Positions 19,463 to 29,078 of a DNA stretch of 64,000 nucleotides are shown one piece after another; position 1 is the first letter of the stretch; every line of letters begins with the position of its first letter. Below the pieces are notes generated by a model. It had not been told where the DNA came from. It worked only from the letters and a program-made list of their open reading frames with translations, and did no database searches. The translations under genes and the position numbers were made by a program. The DNA is from a virus (taxonomy: Duplodnaviria > Caudoviricetes), in IMG/VR virus record IMGVR_UViG_3300044878_000218, positions 23,517 through 87,516 of that record; one strand, given 5' to 3'.

Positions 19463-19622
19463 GTAAACAGTCCTTTAAGCGAATGGTAGACCGCAGATAC
19501 CAATGGAATCGCGGTGAAAACGATGATCCCTTCCAGCAGAATCAGGGCGAAAGCTCTCTTGGTGCGGTTGGTCATGCGTCCACATCCTTTTGGGCGGGGC
19601 AGGCAGGCTGCCCCGGGTTAGG

Positions 19623-20762
19623 TCACAGAGGTTCGTGCCAGCATTTTGCGGTGGCGATGTTCGGGATGCCATCCGGGGTGAAGCCGAAGTGCTCAAGGGT
19701 CAGCATGCGGCCGATGTTCTTGCCTGCGACCAGCGCTTCCCACTCGGCGTGCTTCTCCGGCACGGTGCCGTGGGCGGTGGCCTTGGCACGCTTCACGCCG
19801 GTCGGGGTGTTGACCTCGTAGATGAACTTCGGCACCTGGTAGGTGATGCCCTTGACCACCTGCTGCTCAGCCAGCTCCCAGTCCACGACCTTGACCTCGA
19901 AGTCGGTGAAGTCCTTTACCTTGGTGCAGTATTTGGTGCGCTTGCCGTCGCGGTAGCCTTCACGGCCCCAGCGCAGGATGCTGCCTTCGTAGCCTTCCTT
20001 CACCCACTTGCGGTGCAAGGCCATGGCTTCTTCCAGGCTGCGAACCCGCACGGTCTCGACCAGCTTGATGCGGACGTCAAGGTTCTCGGTGTTGGCGAAG
20101 GCCTGTTCCACGGCAGCGAAACGATCCTCGAAGGCCTCGTCGCTGATGCAGTCGTAGATGTGGTATTCCAGCTGCAGCGACTCTTCCCGTGGCTTGGTGA
20201 TCAGGCTGCCGATCGCCTGCAGGGTCAGGCCGTGGACATACAGCTCGCCGTCGAGGTGCAGGTCAGCGAACGCCGGCTGCGCATCCAGAGCGTCCTGAAT
20301 GTGCTGGACGTTGTGCGCCTTGCCACCGCGGCTGTAGATGATGTCGTCTTCCAGGCAGCGGTGACCGTCGTACTTGCGCTGCAGGAAGGCGTTGTCCCAG
20401 TCGACCTCGTCCATGTTGACGTCTTGCATCTTCTCGGCCAGCTGCGGCTTCTTCTTGCCCAGGCCGTTGGTGACCGGCGCTGCGGCCTCCTCGATGGTCT
20501 CGACATAGCCCAGGCGGATCTGCTTGCTGACCCGGGACTGGGCTTCAAACACCGCCTGGTCGCCCGGCGAGGTCTCGTTGGCCCGGCCAATGTTCTTGCC
20601 CTTGATCGAGGCGAACTTCTCGCTCACGGTGCCGCCTTCGGACTTGGCGAAGGTGATCTTCAGGCGGGCGCCGCCATCCTCCAGGCTTTCGGCGTCGACT
20701 TGCCACCAGCCAATGGTTTTGCCCATGTTCTTGTAGAGACGCTTGGTCGAAAGTACAGTCAT
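19623..20762 (-). CDS. ATP-dependent DNA ligase
   Basis: KYDGHRC (motif I), LDGELY, YHIYD, EGYEGSILR, KVK. Confidence 0.92.
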   Translation of the reverse strand: MTVLSTKRLYKNMGKTIGWWQVDAESLEDGGARLKITFAKSEGGTVSEKFASIKGKNIGRANETSPGDQAVFEAQSRVSKQIRLGYVETIEEAAAPVTNGLGKKKPQLAEKMQDVNMDEVDWDNAFLQRKYDGHRCLEDDIIYSRGGKAHNVQHIQDALDAQPAFADLHLDGELYVHGLTLQAIGSLITKPREESLQLEYHIYDCISDEAFEDRFAAVEQAFANTENLDVRIKLVETVRVRSLEEAMALHRKWVKEGYEGSILRWGREGYRDGKRTKYCTKVKDFTDFEVKVVDWELAEQQVVKGITYQVPKFIYEVNTPTGVKRAKATAHGTVPEKHAEWEALVAGKNIGRMLTLEHFGFTPDGIPNIATAKCWHEPL

Positions 20763-20784
20763 GATTAGTCCTTAGATGAAGATT

Positions 20785-20802
20785 CCCCGCTAGTTAGCGG
20801 GG
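20785..20802. promoter_or_regulatory. Palindromic motif CCCCGCTA-GT-TAGCGGGG (candidate operator)
   Basis: 8-bp arms upstream of the ligase start. Confidence 0.55.
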
Positions 20803-21315
20803 TTGGTGGAGTGTATCCCCGCGCTTGGGGATTTGAAAGTAGTCGACCAGCAGGTCAGCGACCCGCTGATGCTGCAACCGGTTGATCACCCCGGTGTTTT
20901 CCCATGATGCCAACAGGAACTTCTTGTCGATGCGCGCATTGTCGTAGACGGCCAGGCCGTCCCACAGCTGCATCCCACCGTTCTGTGCATCCCAAAACAG
21001 GATGTAGTACGGCACGCCCAGCAGAAACCGGAACCGAGCAATTGCCCCTCGCTGCGAAGGACGGACAGCATCCTTCGGCATCGAGCTGTGCTTCTCGCTG
21101 GCCTTCACTTCGAGGAAGCACAGCCTCTGGTCTTCGTGTAGGTTTTTACACGCTGCAGGAAGACCGAGGATGTAATCGCTTGGCTGCTCGGCAACGACGG
21201 ACCCTGCGGCCCCGGTGTCCGTGAGGCGGTGGTAGCTGACCAGCCGCTGTTCAAACAGCAGCTTCATCACCTTCACCATCTCTTTCTCGAACACCTTTCC
21301 GATGTGAGCAGCCAT
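20794..21315 (-). CDS. PD-(D/E)XK nuclease, RecU-like Holliday junction resolvase
   Basis: GK.FE, PSDY, FLEVKAS, RPSQ motifs. Confidence 0.7.
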   Translation of the reverse strand: MAAHIGKVFEKEMVKVMKLLFEQRLVSYHRLTDTGAAGSVVAEQPSDYILGLPAACKNLHEDQRLCFLEVKASEKHSSMPKDAVRPSQRGAIARFRFLLGVPYYILFWDAQNGGMQLWDGLAVYDNARIDKKFLLASWENTGVINRLQHQRVADLLVDYFQIPKRGDTLHQPR

Positions 21316-21317
21316 GG

Positions 21318-21902
21318 TCAGCGCCCCAGCAGTTCGTCTACCAAGCCCATGAGCTTGATGTCGAAGTCGACCAGGGTGCCGTCGTTGCGGATGGTGTGGG
21401 TGATGTAGTGCTGGCTGATGCCCTGCTCACTTTGGTGGCCAGGGATGCCAACCTGCAGGCCGACGGCAGCCTTGATCTTTTCCTTCACGGTGCGAGGCAC
21501 CGGCCGGACGATGTCCAAGATCACGCCGCCGTTCTGCTGAATCCACTCAGCCTCGGAGTCAAAGCGCACGTCGCTGAGGACCATGCCCTTGGCCATAGGG
21601 CAATACTCCGCGACCTCACGGTACTTGCGATCCACCAGGTTGACCCACATCTGTGGGTGCATCAGGTTGCGGCCCCACTCGGTGCCCAGCGTCTGCATCA
21701 TCTCCCGGTACGACTTACCGGTCTCAGGGCAGATGCCGGAGCGATCGCCTTCGTGGAAGTGGTCGCCGAAGACCGACTTCAGCATGGTCTTCAGCGGCTC
21801 AGCGAAGGCGTATTTGTAAAACATCATGTTGCGCGCCAGGTAGTTGGCGGCGTGGTCCTTCCCTGCACGGGCTCTGCCATGCACCCCGATCAGCATCATC
21901 AT
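21318..21902 (-). CDS. Deoxynucleoside monophosphate kinase
   Basis: G.ARAGKD P-loop, FAEPLK, R.MMQTLGTEWGR, DVRF..E. Confidence 0.92.
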   Translation of the reverse strand: MMMLIGVHGRARAGKDHAANYLARNMMFYKYAFAEPLKTMLKSVFGDHFHEGDRSGICPETGKSYREMMQTLGTEWGRNLMHPQMWVNLVDRKYREVAEYCPMAKGMVLSDVRFDSEAEWIQQNGGVILDIVRPVPRTVKEKIKAAVGLQVGIPGHQSEQGISQHYITHTIRNDGTLVDFDIKLMGLVDELLGR

Positions 21903-22645
21903 ATTGCCTCCGTCAAACGTAGACACAGCGCCTCGCGCAACTCAGCGCTGAACAACATGTCGCACTTGGGACCGAGCAGCCACTCGCAGTAGGACTGGTC
22001 AAGGTTCTTCACCTTGCTGCCCTTGTGCTTGCCGAAGCCGATCTTCATTTCCACGGTGCCGTCGTCGCCCTTCATCCAGGCCATCAGGCCGTCGAGGTCG
22101 TCGACCTTGGCCCAGCTGAACAGTGGCTTGAAGCACTTGAGGGTGGCGTCCACGTCGGCCGAGGCGTCGTGGGCACCGGTCATGGGGTGACCCATCAGGT
22201 GTTCGTAGAAGTAGACCAGCTTGGCGCTCGGCCACTTGTGCTCGGTCTTCAGCTTGCGCGCTGCCCGCATCAGGTCGATGGACTTCGGTGCACGGAAGCC
22301 GACGCGCGCTGCAATGCGGTTGTCGAAGGTGTAGCTGTTGTAGCCGATGACCGCGTCAAGGTTCAGCGAGTTGACGGTGTCCATCTGCTCAGCCAGGTAG
22401 GGTTCCCACGGCACCTCGTCCAGCAGCTGGTGGGCATAGTAACCATGGACCTTCGACGCTTCCGGGTGGATCTCCTTGCCCGGGTTCATCAGCATCAGGT
22501 CTTGGTCGTGGATGTCATAGCTGCCGTCCTGGTGCAAGGTCACGATCCACAGCGCGGATTGCAGGACGCCACACGTGGCAGCGTCGGTCCCTGTGGTTTC
22601 GTAGTCGTGAGCTAGCGCTCTGACACTCTGTCCATTGAAACTCAT
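21899..22645 (-). CDS. DEDDh 3'-5' exonuclease (DnaQ/exonuclease X-like)
   Basis: DYETTG, GYN..FD, AHDA.ADV; C-terminal FGKHKG...Y..WL. Confidence 0.88.
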   Translation of the reverse strand: MSFNGQSVRALAHDYETTGTDAATCGVLQSALWIVTLHQDGSYDIHDQDLMLMNPGKEIHPEASKVHGYYAHQLLDEVPWEPYLAEQMDTVNSLNLDAVIGYNSYTFDNRIAARVGFRAPKSIDLMRAARKLKTEHKWPSAKLVYFYEHLMGHPMTGAHDASADVDATLKCFKPLFSWAKVDDLDGLMAWMKGDDGTVEMKIGFGKHKGSKVKNLDQSYCEWLLGPKCDMLFSAELREALCLRLTEAI

Positions 22646-22945
22646 TTTGCTTTCCTTTCTCTGGCGAAGAAGTCTTTGTGAATGGCGGGCCACTTCTTGC
22701 GGAACGCCTCGATCCGACCAGCCATCAAACTTTCGTGATGTTTGACGTCACGCAGTTGACGGAGCAGAACCGATTGCTCATGCCGCAAGCGCTGGTTCTG
22801 TTCAAGCAGTCGGGTGTTTTCCTTGAGCATCTTGTTGACGTCGAGCGGGGAGCCATCAGGGAGGGACAGCGTAACCTCCGTCTGTATCTGGCTTGTGTCA
22901 GGGAGGCTGCGGACAGCCTCCTTGAACCGATCCCACCAACTGCCA

Positions 22946-25900
22946 TCAGTCGGCGATGTTCTCAACAGCCACCTCCTCATCTTCATCCAGTTCGATGTAG
23001 GTCGGCTTACGGATAGGATCGAAAGGCTCTAGAAGGTCCTTCTCCCAAATGTAAGTGCCTTCCTCCAGGGCGCGTTCAACGAACTTGGCCACGTTCTCTT
23101 TGCTGATGTCGCGGCCCAGTTCGTGCACTTTACCCCAGTCACAGCCGATGGAGAACTCCGGTACTTGTCGAACAATGTGCCCCGGCGGGGTCGATTGTTC
23201 CATGAGTTGGCCGACTTCTTGGCAGTATTGATACACGTCGTCTTTGTGAACCCAGGCCACGACTTCGTCGTAGATCGGGGCGAAGAAGACCATGCGCAGT
23301 CGGTCCATGATCCCGCTCTCCGCGATGCCGGTGAGCACGATGCGCAACATCTGCGCTGCAGTGCCCTGGATCGTCGCGTTGGTGCCCTGACGGTGCTGAC
23401 GTGCAACCTTACCGCTGTCAGCGCTGAACAGGTCCGGGTTGGCGTGACGCTTGGTGCCGAAGGCCGTCAGCGTGAAGCCGTTCTTGGTCATGAAGTCAGC
23501 TGTCTCGGCCTGCCATGGACGAATCCGGGTGTACAGGTCAAAGGTGCCGTCCAACAGCTTCTTGGCTTCGTCGACCGGAACAATCAGCGTGCGGGACAGC
23601 GTGCCGGCACCAGCACCGTAAGCCATACCGAAGTTCACCGACTTAGCCTTGCCACGGATGGCGATGGTGATCTTGTTCAGCTTGTGGTGCTCGTCGTCCT
23701 TTGCCTCGACGAACTCCTCGTAGGTCATCTTGGCGATGCCCGAGCCGGTCATGCTGTGCAGGTCTTTCTCGTTGGCCGGGTCGTAGACCGACATCATTAC
23801 CGGGTCGTTGGCGAGGTTCGCCATGATCCGGATTTCCTGGCCGTTGAAGTCGATCGCCACGCAGACGTGATCCGGGGTCGGCGGGATGTAGATCGAGCGC
23901 ATGACCTTGCCTTCTCCGCGCTTAGGCACCTGGAGGATGTTCGGCGCGCTGCCAGTAGGCCGGGTGGTGTCGGTGCCGGCGTCGGTGATGATCGGGTGGA
24001 CCTTACCGTCGCGGTGACGCCACATCGGGTACTTGTCGTGGTACAGGCTGCAGCGGGTGCTGGCGGTCTTGACCTTGCGCAGGACCTGCAGCGCTTCACG
24101 CTGCCAGCAGTCCGGTGCCACGTCGTTCGCCAGTGCCGTCAGGATCGCCTGCTCGTCGGTAGACGGGCCTGCATCCTTGATGCCGACAGCCAGGCGTCCC
24201 TTGCCCGCCTGTTTGCCGCGCAGCTTGACCGGCATGCCGATCTTGCAATACAGCAGCTGTTGCATCTGCTGCGGGCTGCCTACGTTCAGCGGGTCGCCGA
24301 AGGTGACGATGCTCGGTTTGACGCCGGCATGGTGCTGCACCAAGCTGCCCAGCAGATTGAACTTCTCTTCTGCCAGATCGACCTTGTACTGCGCTACACC
24401 GTCGTCCGAGTCATCCTCTTCAGCCGCTTTGCGCAGGTCGCCCATCTTCAGGCAGCCGGCGTTGACCGCGGTGGCGATCGCTTTGATCAGCGCACGCTGC
24501 TCATCGCTGACCTGCCATTCATCTTCGAAGCCAGCCACGCCGGTGGTGCCGTACCACTCGGTGATGCCCTTGATGGTCAGCTTCTCCAGCGGAGGCAGCT
24601 GCAGGGCAGCCAGCGCCGGTGCCAGTTGGTTGGCCGTGAAGGCGAAGCGCGGCATGACCGACTCTTCGCGGTACGGCACGTACTGGCAGGCCGCTTCCAG
24701 CTTCTTGCGCCACTCGGCGACCTTGATGTTGGCGGTCTCGGTGTCGCCGTCGGCCTTCTTCTTCGCTGACCGGAAGATGTAGTCCTTTTCCGCCTCGATC
24801 AGCGACTTGCAGCCGTCGGTGATGTTGCCGGTGACGTTCTTCTCAAGGATGGCGCGCAGTTCCAGCTTGCCCTCCTCGATGGTCTTCAGGTCCTGGGCAT
24901 GGATGCGTTTCTGCAGTGCCCAGTTCATGTCGACGCCGGCCACGTAGGACCGCTGCAACACTTCGGTCGGCCGTACAGCCCACCGCTTGTAGAAGTCCCA
25001 CTGCCCGTCCAGCTTGAGCAGCAGCTCCAGCAGGTCATGCAGGTGGCCGGTCACCAGGCTGTCGTCGGTGCCGTAGGTGAACACTTCGTCCACGGTCAGC
25101 TCGCACATCATGCTGACGCCCTGACCGTCGTTGCCGGCCTTGAGGGTGTCTTCGAAGGACGTCTGCTCGTAGCTCAGGTAGTCCAGCGACAGCGCCTTCA
25201 AGCCCGACTCGGTGTTCTCGTCGTAGAAGCGCTTCATGATGCGGGTGTCTTCGATTTCCTTGAGCCAGACACCGAGGTTGGTTTGCGTCACGACCCCTTC
25301 AAACAAGGCGTTGTGGGCAATCCGCCGGGTGTGCTTGCCAGCAAACTCGAGGATTTCAAGGATCACCGACTTGTTCACGTTGTTCGAATCGCGGTGGTCG
25401 ACCGGGATGTAGATCACGTTTTCAAGGTGGCGACCGAACTGGAACGACGCGCCGGCCAGTTCCTGGCTGAGCATGTCGACGAAACCGCCGCCCGATGCCG
25501 AAGCCAGGCGGAAGTCACGGATCGGGTTCTTGTCCGAGGATTCATAGTCGAACGCGGTTTTGTCGCCGGCTTTGATCTCGTCGAAGATCGCCTCGCGCAT
25601 CTCTTCCCAGTTGCTGGCGTCGACGATCATCGGCACCGGCATCAGGTGGCTGTATTCCGACTCCCACATGTCCTCGCAGCCGACTTCCTTCAGGCACTCA
25701 TACAGCTGCGTCGGGTTCGGTACACGCTTGTGGATCTTCGGCTTGGTCAGTTTCTTCAGCCGAGGCTTCCAGCACAGGTCTGGCTTCAGCTGCGCCAGGC
25801 GCCAGCCCATCCGCCAGTCACCGAAGAACTCGCGCAGCTTCATCAGGATCTTGTCGTTGGAACCTGCGATGGCTTCGTCCAGGGCATGGGTGTCGCCCTT

Positions 25901-26611
25901 GGTGACGATCTCGCACAACTCGTCCAGACCGTCGGCTTCGTAGGTCTCGTACAGCTTCAGGACCTTGGCCGGCCCCATGCCTTTGACGCCCGGGTAGTTG
26001 TCCGAGCTGTCGCCCATGATCGACTTGGCGAAGCTGGTGAACCGGTATGGCAGGCCAGCCAGTTCGTGGTCTTCAGGGTAAACACCCTCCTCGCCGTAAG
26101 GGGCGTGGTGGATGTAGTTCTTGATGATCACCTGGGTGTCTTGGTTGACCAGCACCAGCATGTCTTGGTCGACGGTGCTGACATCCTTCGGACCTGGGAC
26201 CATCTGGCACAGCCAGGCAATCAGGTCGTCCGCCTCAACGCCTTCGACAAACATCTGCGTGGCGCCGAGGGCCGAGAACAGCTTCTTGGCCCAAATGGTC
26301 AGCTCTTTGTACTGCTCCAGCTCGATGGGCGACTTGTTCTTGTCATCCTTCGAGGCCTGGGCCTTGTACTGCGGGTAGATCCCCTCGCGGTACTTCTTGC
26401 CGGCGTCGTGCGCCACAATCATCTCGCGAGGCGAGCCGCCCTTCTCAAGGATGGGGCGGATGTAGCGGGTGAGGAAATCTGCGCCGGCTGACTGCCAGTC
26501 GGCGAACCGACGATCGAGCTTCGTACAGTGCAGCGGCTTATCGCTGACACCGTAGTAGGCGTGCTTGATGCACGCCCTGAAGTCGATGATCTGTAGGGGT
26601 TCATTGTTCAT
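22946..26611 (-). CDS. polA: Family A DNA polymerase with fused 5'-3' and 3'-5' exonuclease domains
   Basis: N-terminal EADD / DQD / GDSSDNYPGVKGMG; FDYES, HNALFE; TTRPTGSAPNILQVP, DFNGQEIR, KAKSVNFGMAYG, NATIQGTAA, IYDE. Confidence 0.95.
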   Translation of the reverse strand: MNNEPLQIIDFRACIKHAYYGVSDKPLHCTKLDRRFADWQSAGADFLTRYIRPILEKGGSPREMIVAHDAGKKYREGIYPQYKAQASKDDKNKSPIELEQYKELTIWAKKLFSALGATQMFVEGVEADDLIAWLCQMVPGPKDVSTVDQDMLVLVNQDTQVIIKNYIHHAPYGEEGVYPEDHELAGLPYRFTSFAKSIMGDSSDNYPGVKGMGPAKVLKLYETYEADGLDELCEIVTKGDTHALDEAIAGSNDKILMKLREFFGDWRMGWRLAQLKPDLCWKPRLKKLTKPKIHKRVPNPTQLYECLKEVGCEDMWESEYSHLMPVPMIVDASNWEEMREAIFDEIKAGDKTAFDYESSDKNPIRDFRLASASGGGFVDMLSQELAGASFQFGRHLENVIYIPVDHRDSNNVNKSVILEILEFAGKHTRRIAHNALFEGVVTQTNLGVWLKEIEDTRIMKRFYDENTESGLKALSLDYLSYEQTSFEDTLKAGNDGQGVSMMCELTVDEVFTYGTDDSLVTGHLHDLLELLLKLDGQWDFYKRWAVRPTEVLQRSYVAGVDMNWALQKRIHAQDLKTIEEGKLELRAILEKNVTGNITDGCKSLIEAEKDYIFRSAKKKADGDTETANIKVAEWRKKLEAACQYVPYREESVMPRFAFTANQLAPALAALQLPPLEKLTIKGITEWYGTTGVAGFEDEWQVSDEQRALIKAIATAVNAGCLKMGDLRKAAEEDDSDDGVAQYKVDLAEEKFNLLGSLVQHHAGVKPSIVTFGDPLNVGSPQQMQQLLYCKIGMPVKLRGKQAGKGRLAVGIKDAGPSTDEQAILTALANDVAPDCWQREALQVLRKVKTASTRCSLYHDKYPMWRHRDGKVHPIITDAGTDTTRPTGSAPNILQVPKRGEGKVMRSIYIPPTPDHVCVAIDFNGQEIRIMANLANDPVMMSVYDPANEKDLHSMTGSGIAKMTYEEFVEAKDDEHHKLNKITIAIRGKAKSVNFGMAYGAGAGTLSRTLIVPVDEAKKLLDGTFDLYTRIRPWQAETADFMTKNGFTLTAFGTKRHANPDLFSADSGKVARQHRQGTNATIQGTAAQMLRIVLTGIAESGIMDRLRMVFFAPIYDEVVAWVHKDDVYQYCQEVGQLMEQSTPPGHIVRQVPEFSIGCDWGKVHELGRDISKENVAKFVERALEEGTYIWEKDLLEPFDPIRKPTYIELDEDEEVAVENIAD

Positions 26612-26889
26612 TACGCGACGTCCTTAAGGAGAACAGCGTGGAACACCAGCGCGCCTCCATTCAGGAGCACGGTGCCCAGGTATTCGGAATTTTCGGGGAG
26701 TTCTTCGCCTGTGGCAGCCAAGAAGATCGGCACCGGCTGTTCAGGCAGATCCATGTCGACAGCTGTCCACAGCTGACACAGACCTTGCGCACCGGCCTGG
26801 CCGGCGATGGTGTGGCCATCAAGGACGCCACCGGGAATCAGCGGCGCGTTGTGACCCAGTTCCAGCTTATACTTGAGAACCTTTCTCAT
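26611..26889 (-). CDS. Hypothetical phage protein
   Basis: Start overlaps neighbour; V.KY.L...TG..LP...YLGTV...LVFH pattern. Confidence 0.55.
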   Translation of the reverse strand: MRKVLKYKLELGHNAPLIPGGVLDGHTIAGQAGAQGLCQLWTAVDMDLPEQPVPIFLAATGEELPENSEYLGTVLLNGGALVFHAVLLKDVA

Positions 26890-26892
26890 TCC

Positions 26893-27480
26893 TTACATCT
26901 CCGGATAGCGTTCAAATACCGCCTGCAGGCATTCAGCCTGGTAGCGGGCGTCGTCCAAGGCGTCGTGTGCAACGCCGTTGCGGTGCGGCATGACCAGCCC
27001 GCGTCTCTCCGCGAAGTCCACGATGGTCCGCTGATCACGGACGTTGCGGAACTTGTACGGGATGGCCACGCCTTCCCGCTTGTGTGCTTCTTCCAGCCAC
27101 ACGCTGTCGCGATCACCGCGAATCCACATCTCGCCTTCGAAGTTGGAGTTGCGACCGACCACCGTGGTATCGGCCTGCAGCCATTGCCAGAGGGCACGCA
27201 GCGCGTTACCCAGGCTGAGACCGCCCTGCCCTTCCAGCGCGCCGCCACGGGCCTCAGCGTTCTGATTCAGCCACCAGTAGAAGGTCTCCGGGTCGATCGG
27301 CGTCTGCCCCACCAGGTTCACCGCGACGTGGAAGTCATGGTTGCCGAAAGGCAAGGTCTGTCGGGACGGGTTGGGGACGAAACGCACCGCGCCGATCGCA
27401 ATGATCGGCGCGTTGGTTCCGAGGCCCGCGGTTTCCAGGTCGATTGACACCGGATATTCAGCAAGGGACTCGAAGTACAT
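26893..27480 (-). CDS. DEDDh 3'-5' exonuclease (phage exonuclease VIII N-terminal-like)
   Basis: IDLET.G, IIAIGAV, T..WW..Q, RDQRT, HDALDDA.YQA. Confidence 0.85.
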   Translation of the reverse strand: MYFESLAEYPVSIDLETAGLGTNAPIIAIGAVRFVPNPSRQTLPFGNHDFHVAVNLVGQTPIDPETFYWWLNQNAEARGGALEGQGGLSLGNALRALWQWLQADTTVVGRNSNFEGEMWIRGDRDSVWLEEAHKREGVAIPYKFRNVRDQRTIVDFAERRGLVMPHRNGVAHDALDDARYQAECLQAVFERYPEM

Positions 27481-27481
27481 G

Positions 27482-28219
27482 TCAGGCTCCTTGGGTCAGC
27501 GCTGCCCAGCTCACGGGGTACAGCGGCGCGATGATCTCGTTCACGTCAGCGAACAGATCCTGCACCTCTTTCTGCGCATGGCTGTCGCTGCGGGCGTTGT
27601 AGGCCATGGCGAAGGCATACAGGCTGCCAGTCCACACCCAGTTCACTTCGACGCCTTGGATCAGCGCGAAGCGCGCCTGCTCAGGACACACCTGATCTTC
27701 CAGCATGTCCATGTAGCACTGGATGGATTTGTGGGCCAGCACCTGATACCGCTGCATCCACTCTTCGTTGTTCGGGTGCGGACCTGATGCGCTGCCCTGC
27801 TTCACATCGGCAGCCGAGGCGCGGAAGAACTCCGGCACGAAGAACTCCGGCACCGACTTGATGTAGCGGCGGCTTTCTTCCGATTCGACGAAGCCGATCT
27901 TGTGCTTGAAGCACTGGGTTCGGATTGGCACCGGTGCCTTCATGCGCAGGGTGATGTGCGGGTGACCGAACGGAACCCAGTGACAAGGGATCTTGCGCAG
28001 GTAGACAGCCAGCTGCGATGCCTCTTCCTTGTCGGTGATGCCGACCATCTTCTCCAGCAGGCCTTCCCAGTCGCCGGTCTTCATGCCGCGAGCCAGGAAG
28101 CGAACGAGGTTGTCGTTCTGCATGGTGTTGAAGTTCGCTGCCAGATCGGCAAACGAGTGACGGGCGTAGTTGGCTACGTCGGTGTCGCCCAGGTAGTGGT
28201 TCTCGTATGTAGCCTTCAT
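27482..28219 (-). CDS. thyX: Flavin-dependent thymidylate synthase
   Basis: HWVPFGH, AP..IR.Q.FKHK.G...EESRRY, PEQARF, WTGSL, HAQKE. Confidence 0.9.
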   Translation of the reverse strand: MKATYENHYLGDTDVANYARHSFADLAANFNTMQNDNLVRFLARGMKTGDWEGLLEKMVGITDKEEASQLAVYLRKIPCHWVPFGHPHITLRMKAPVPIRTQCFKHKIGFVESEESRRYIKSVPEFFVPEFFRASAADVKQGSASGPHPNNEEWMQRYQVLAHKSIQCYMDMLEDQVCPEQARFALIQGVEVNWVWTGSLYAFAMAYNARSDSHAQKEVQDLFADVNEIIAPLYPVSWAALTQGA

Positions 28220-28539
28220 GCTTGCAGCCCTCGGCGTTGACCCATGGTGTTGACACTGCCATCGTCGTTCCAGATCGGGATGCCGCCCGCGCGGATCATG
28301 GCGATGTTCATTTCATCGCGAGTCAGCAGACGGCGATCACGGATGTACGGGCTGTCCGGCACCTCGCTAGGCTCGGTGCAGAGGATCAGCGCGTAGGGCA
28401 GCTGTTCCTTGAGCACGTGGACGGACATGCGGTCGAGGTTTTCCGCCTCGATCACCTTGCGGCAGCCAAAGAAGCGGGCCAGCTCTTCACCGAACTTGGT
28501 CTTACCGGTTGCAGCCGGCGCTGCGAAAATAACGGTCAT
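28216..28539 (-). CDS. Small P-loop protein
   Basis: APAATGKT Walker A at N-terminus, only 107 aa. Confidence 0.5.
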   Translation of the reverse strand: MTVIFAAPAATGKTKFGEELARFFGCRKVIEAENLDRMSVHVLKEQLPYALILCTEPSEVPDSPYIRDRRLLTRDEMNIAMIRAGGIPIWNDDGSVNTMGQRRGLQA

Positions 28540-28556
28540 GCTCTACTCCCCAAATG

Positions 28557-28579
28557 AAAGCTCCCGCCGAGGCGGGAGC
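28557..28579 (-). terminator. Rho-independent terminator
   Basis: GCTCCCGCC-GA-GGCGGGAGC hairpin with short U tract on the - strand, after terB-like gene. Confidence 0.6.
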
Positions 28580-28593
28580 GGGTTACACAGTGC

Positions 28594-29037
28594 TTAGGCG
28601 CCTTGGCGGATCTCGAAGTGTTTCTCTTCGAGGCGGAAGCCCAGCTCGCGGGCGATCTCTTCGATCACACGGCGTTCGCCCGGCTCGATCTCGCCGTCTG
28701 CCTTGGCGATGGCGAGGATGTTCAGCATCACGTCTTCGATGTGCTCTTCGTTGCCGCCGATCTGGCGGATCTCACGCAGGATCGCTGCACGGCCCAGTTC
28801 GAAGTCCGATTCCAGCTTGTCAGTGAACTTCTGGATCACCTTGCTGATCTCGTTGCCGAAGTGCTTCAGGTTGTCGTTGCTGCGCACCAGGCGGTCGATC
28901 TTCTGCGACTCTTCCTTTTCAATGGTGCCGTCGGAGGCTGCAACCAGCAGCTGGCCGCCGATGATGGCTTCCATCAGGTCCTTGTTTTCGATTTTCTTGG
29001 CGCCGCGGAAGATGTTGCCGAATGCTTTCTTGAACAT
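28594..29037 (-). CDS. TerB-family (tellurite resistance-like) protein
   Basis: LVAASDG.IE.EE, IAKADGEIEP.E..VI.EIA..LG. Confidence 0.85.
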   Translation of the reverse strand: MFKKAFGNIFRGAKKIENKDLMEAIIGGQLLVAASDGTIEKEESQKIDRLVRSNDNLKHFGNEISKVIQKFTDKLESDFELGRAAILREIRQIGGNEEHIEDVMLNILAIAKADGEIEPGERRVIEEIARELGFRLEEKHFEIRQGA

Positions 29038-29078
29038 GGGGTAAGTCCTTGTTTATTGAGGGAGGGTGACGCGGTTGA

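Noticed and set aside
28216-28539. Small P-loop ORF as ParA for the parS cluster
   Set aside because: Lacks the deviant Walker A (KGGxGKT), is far too short, and lies ~27 kb away
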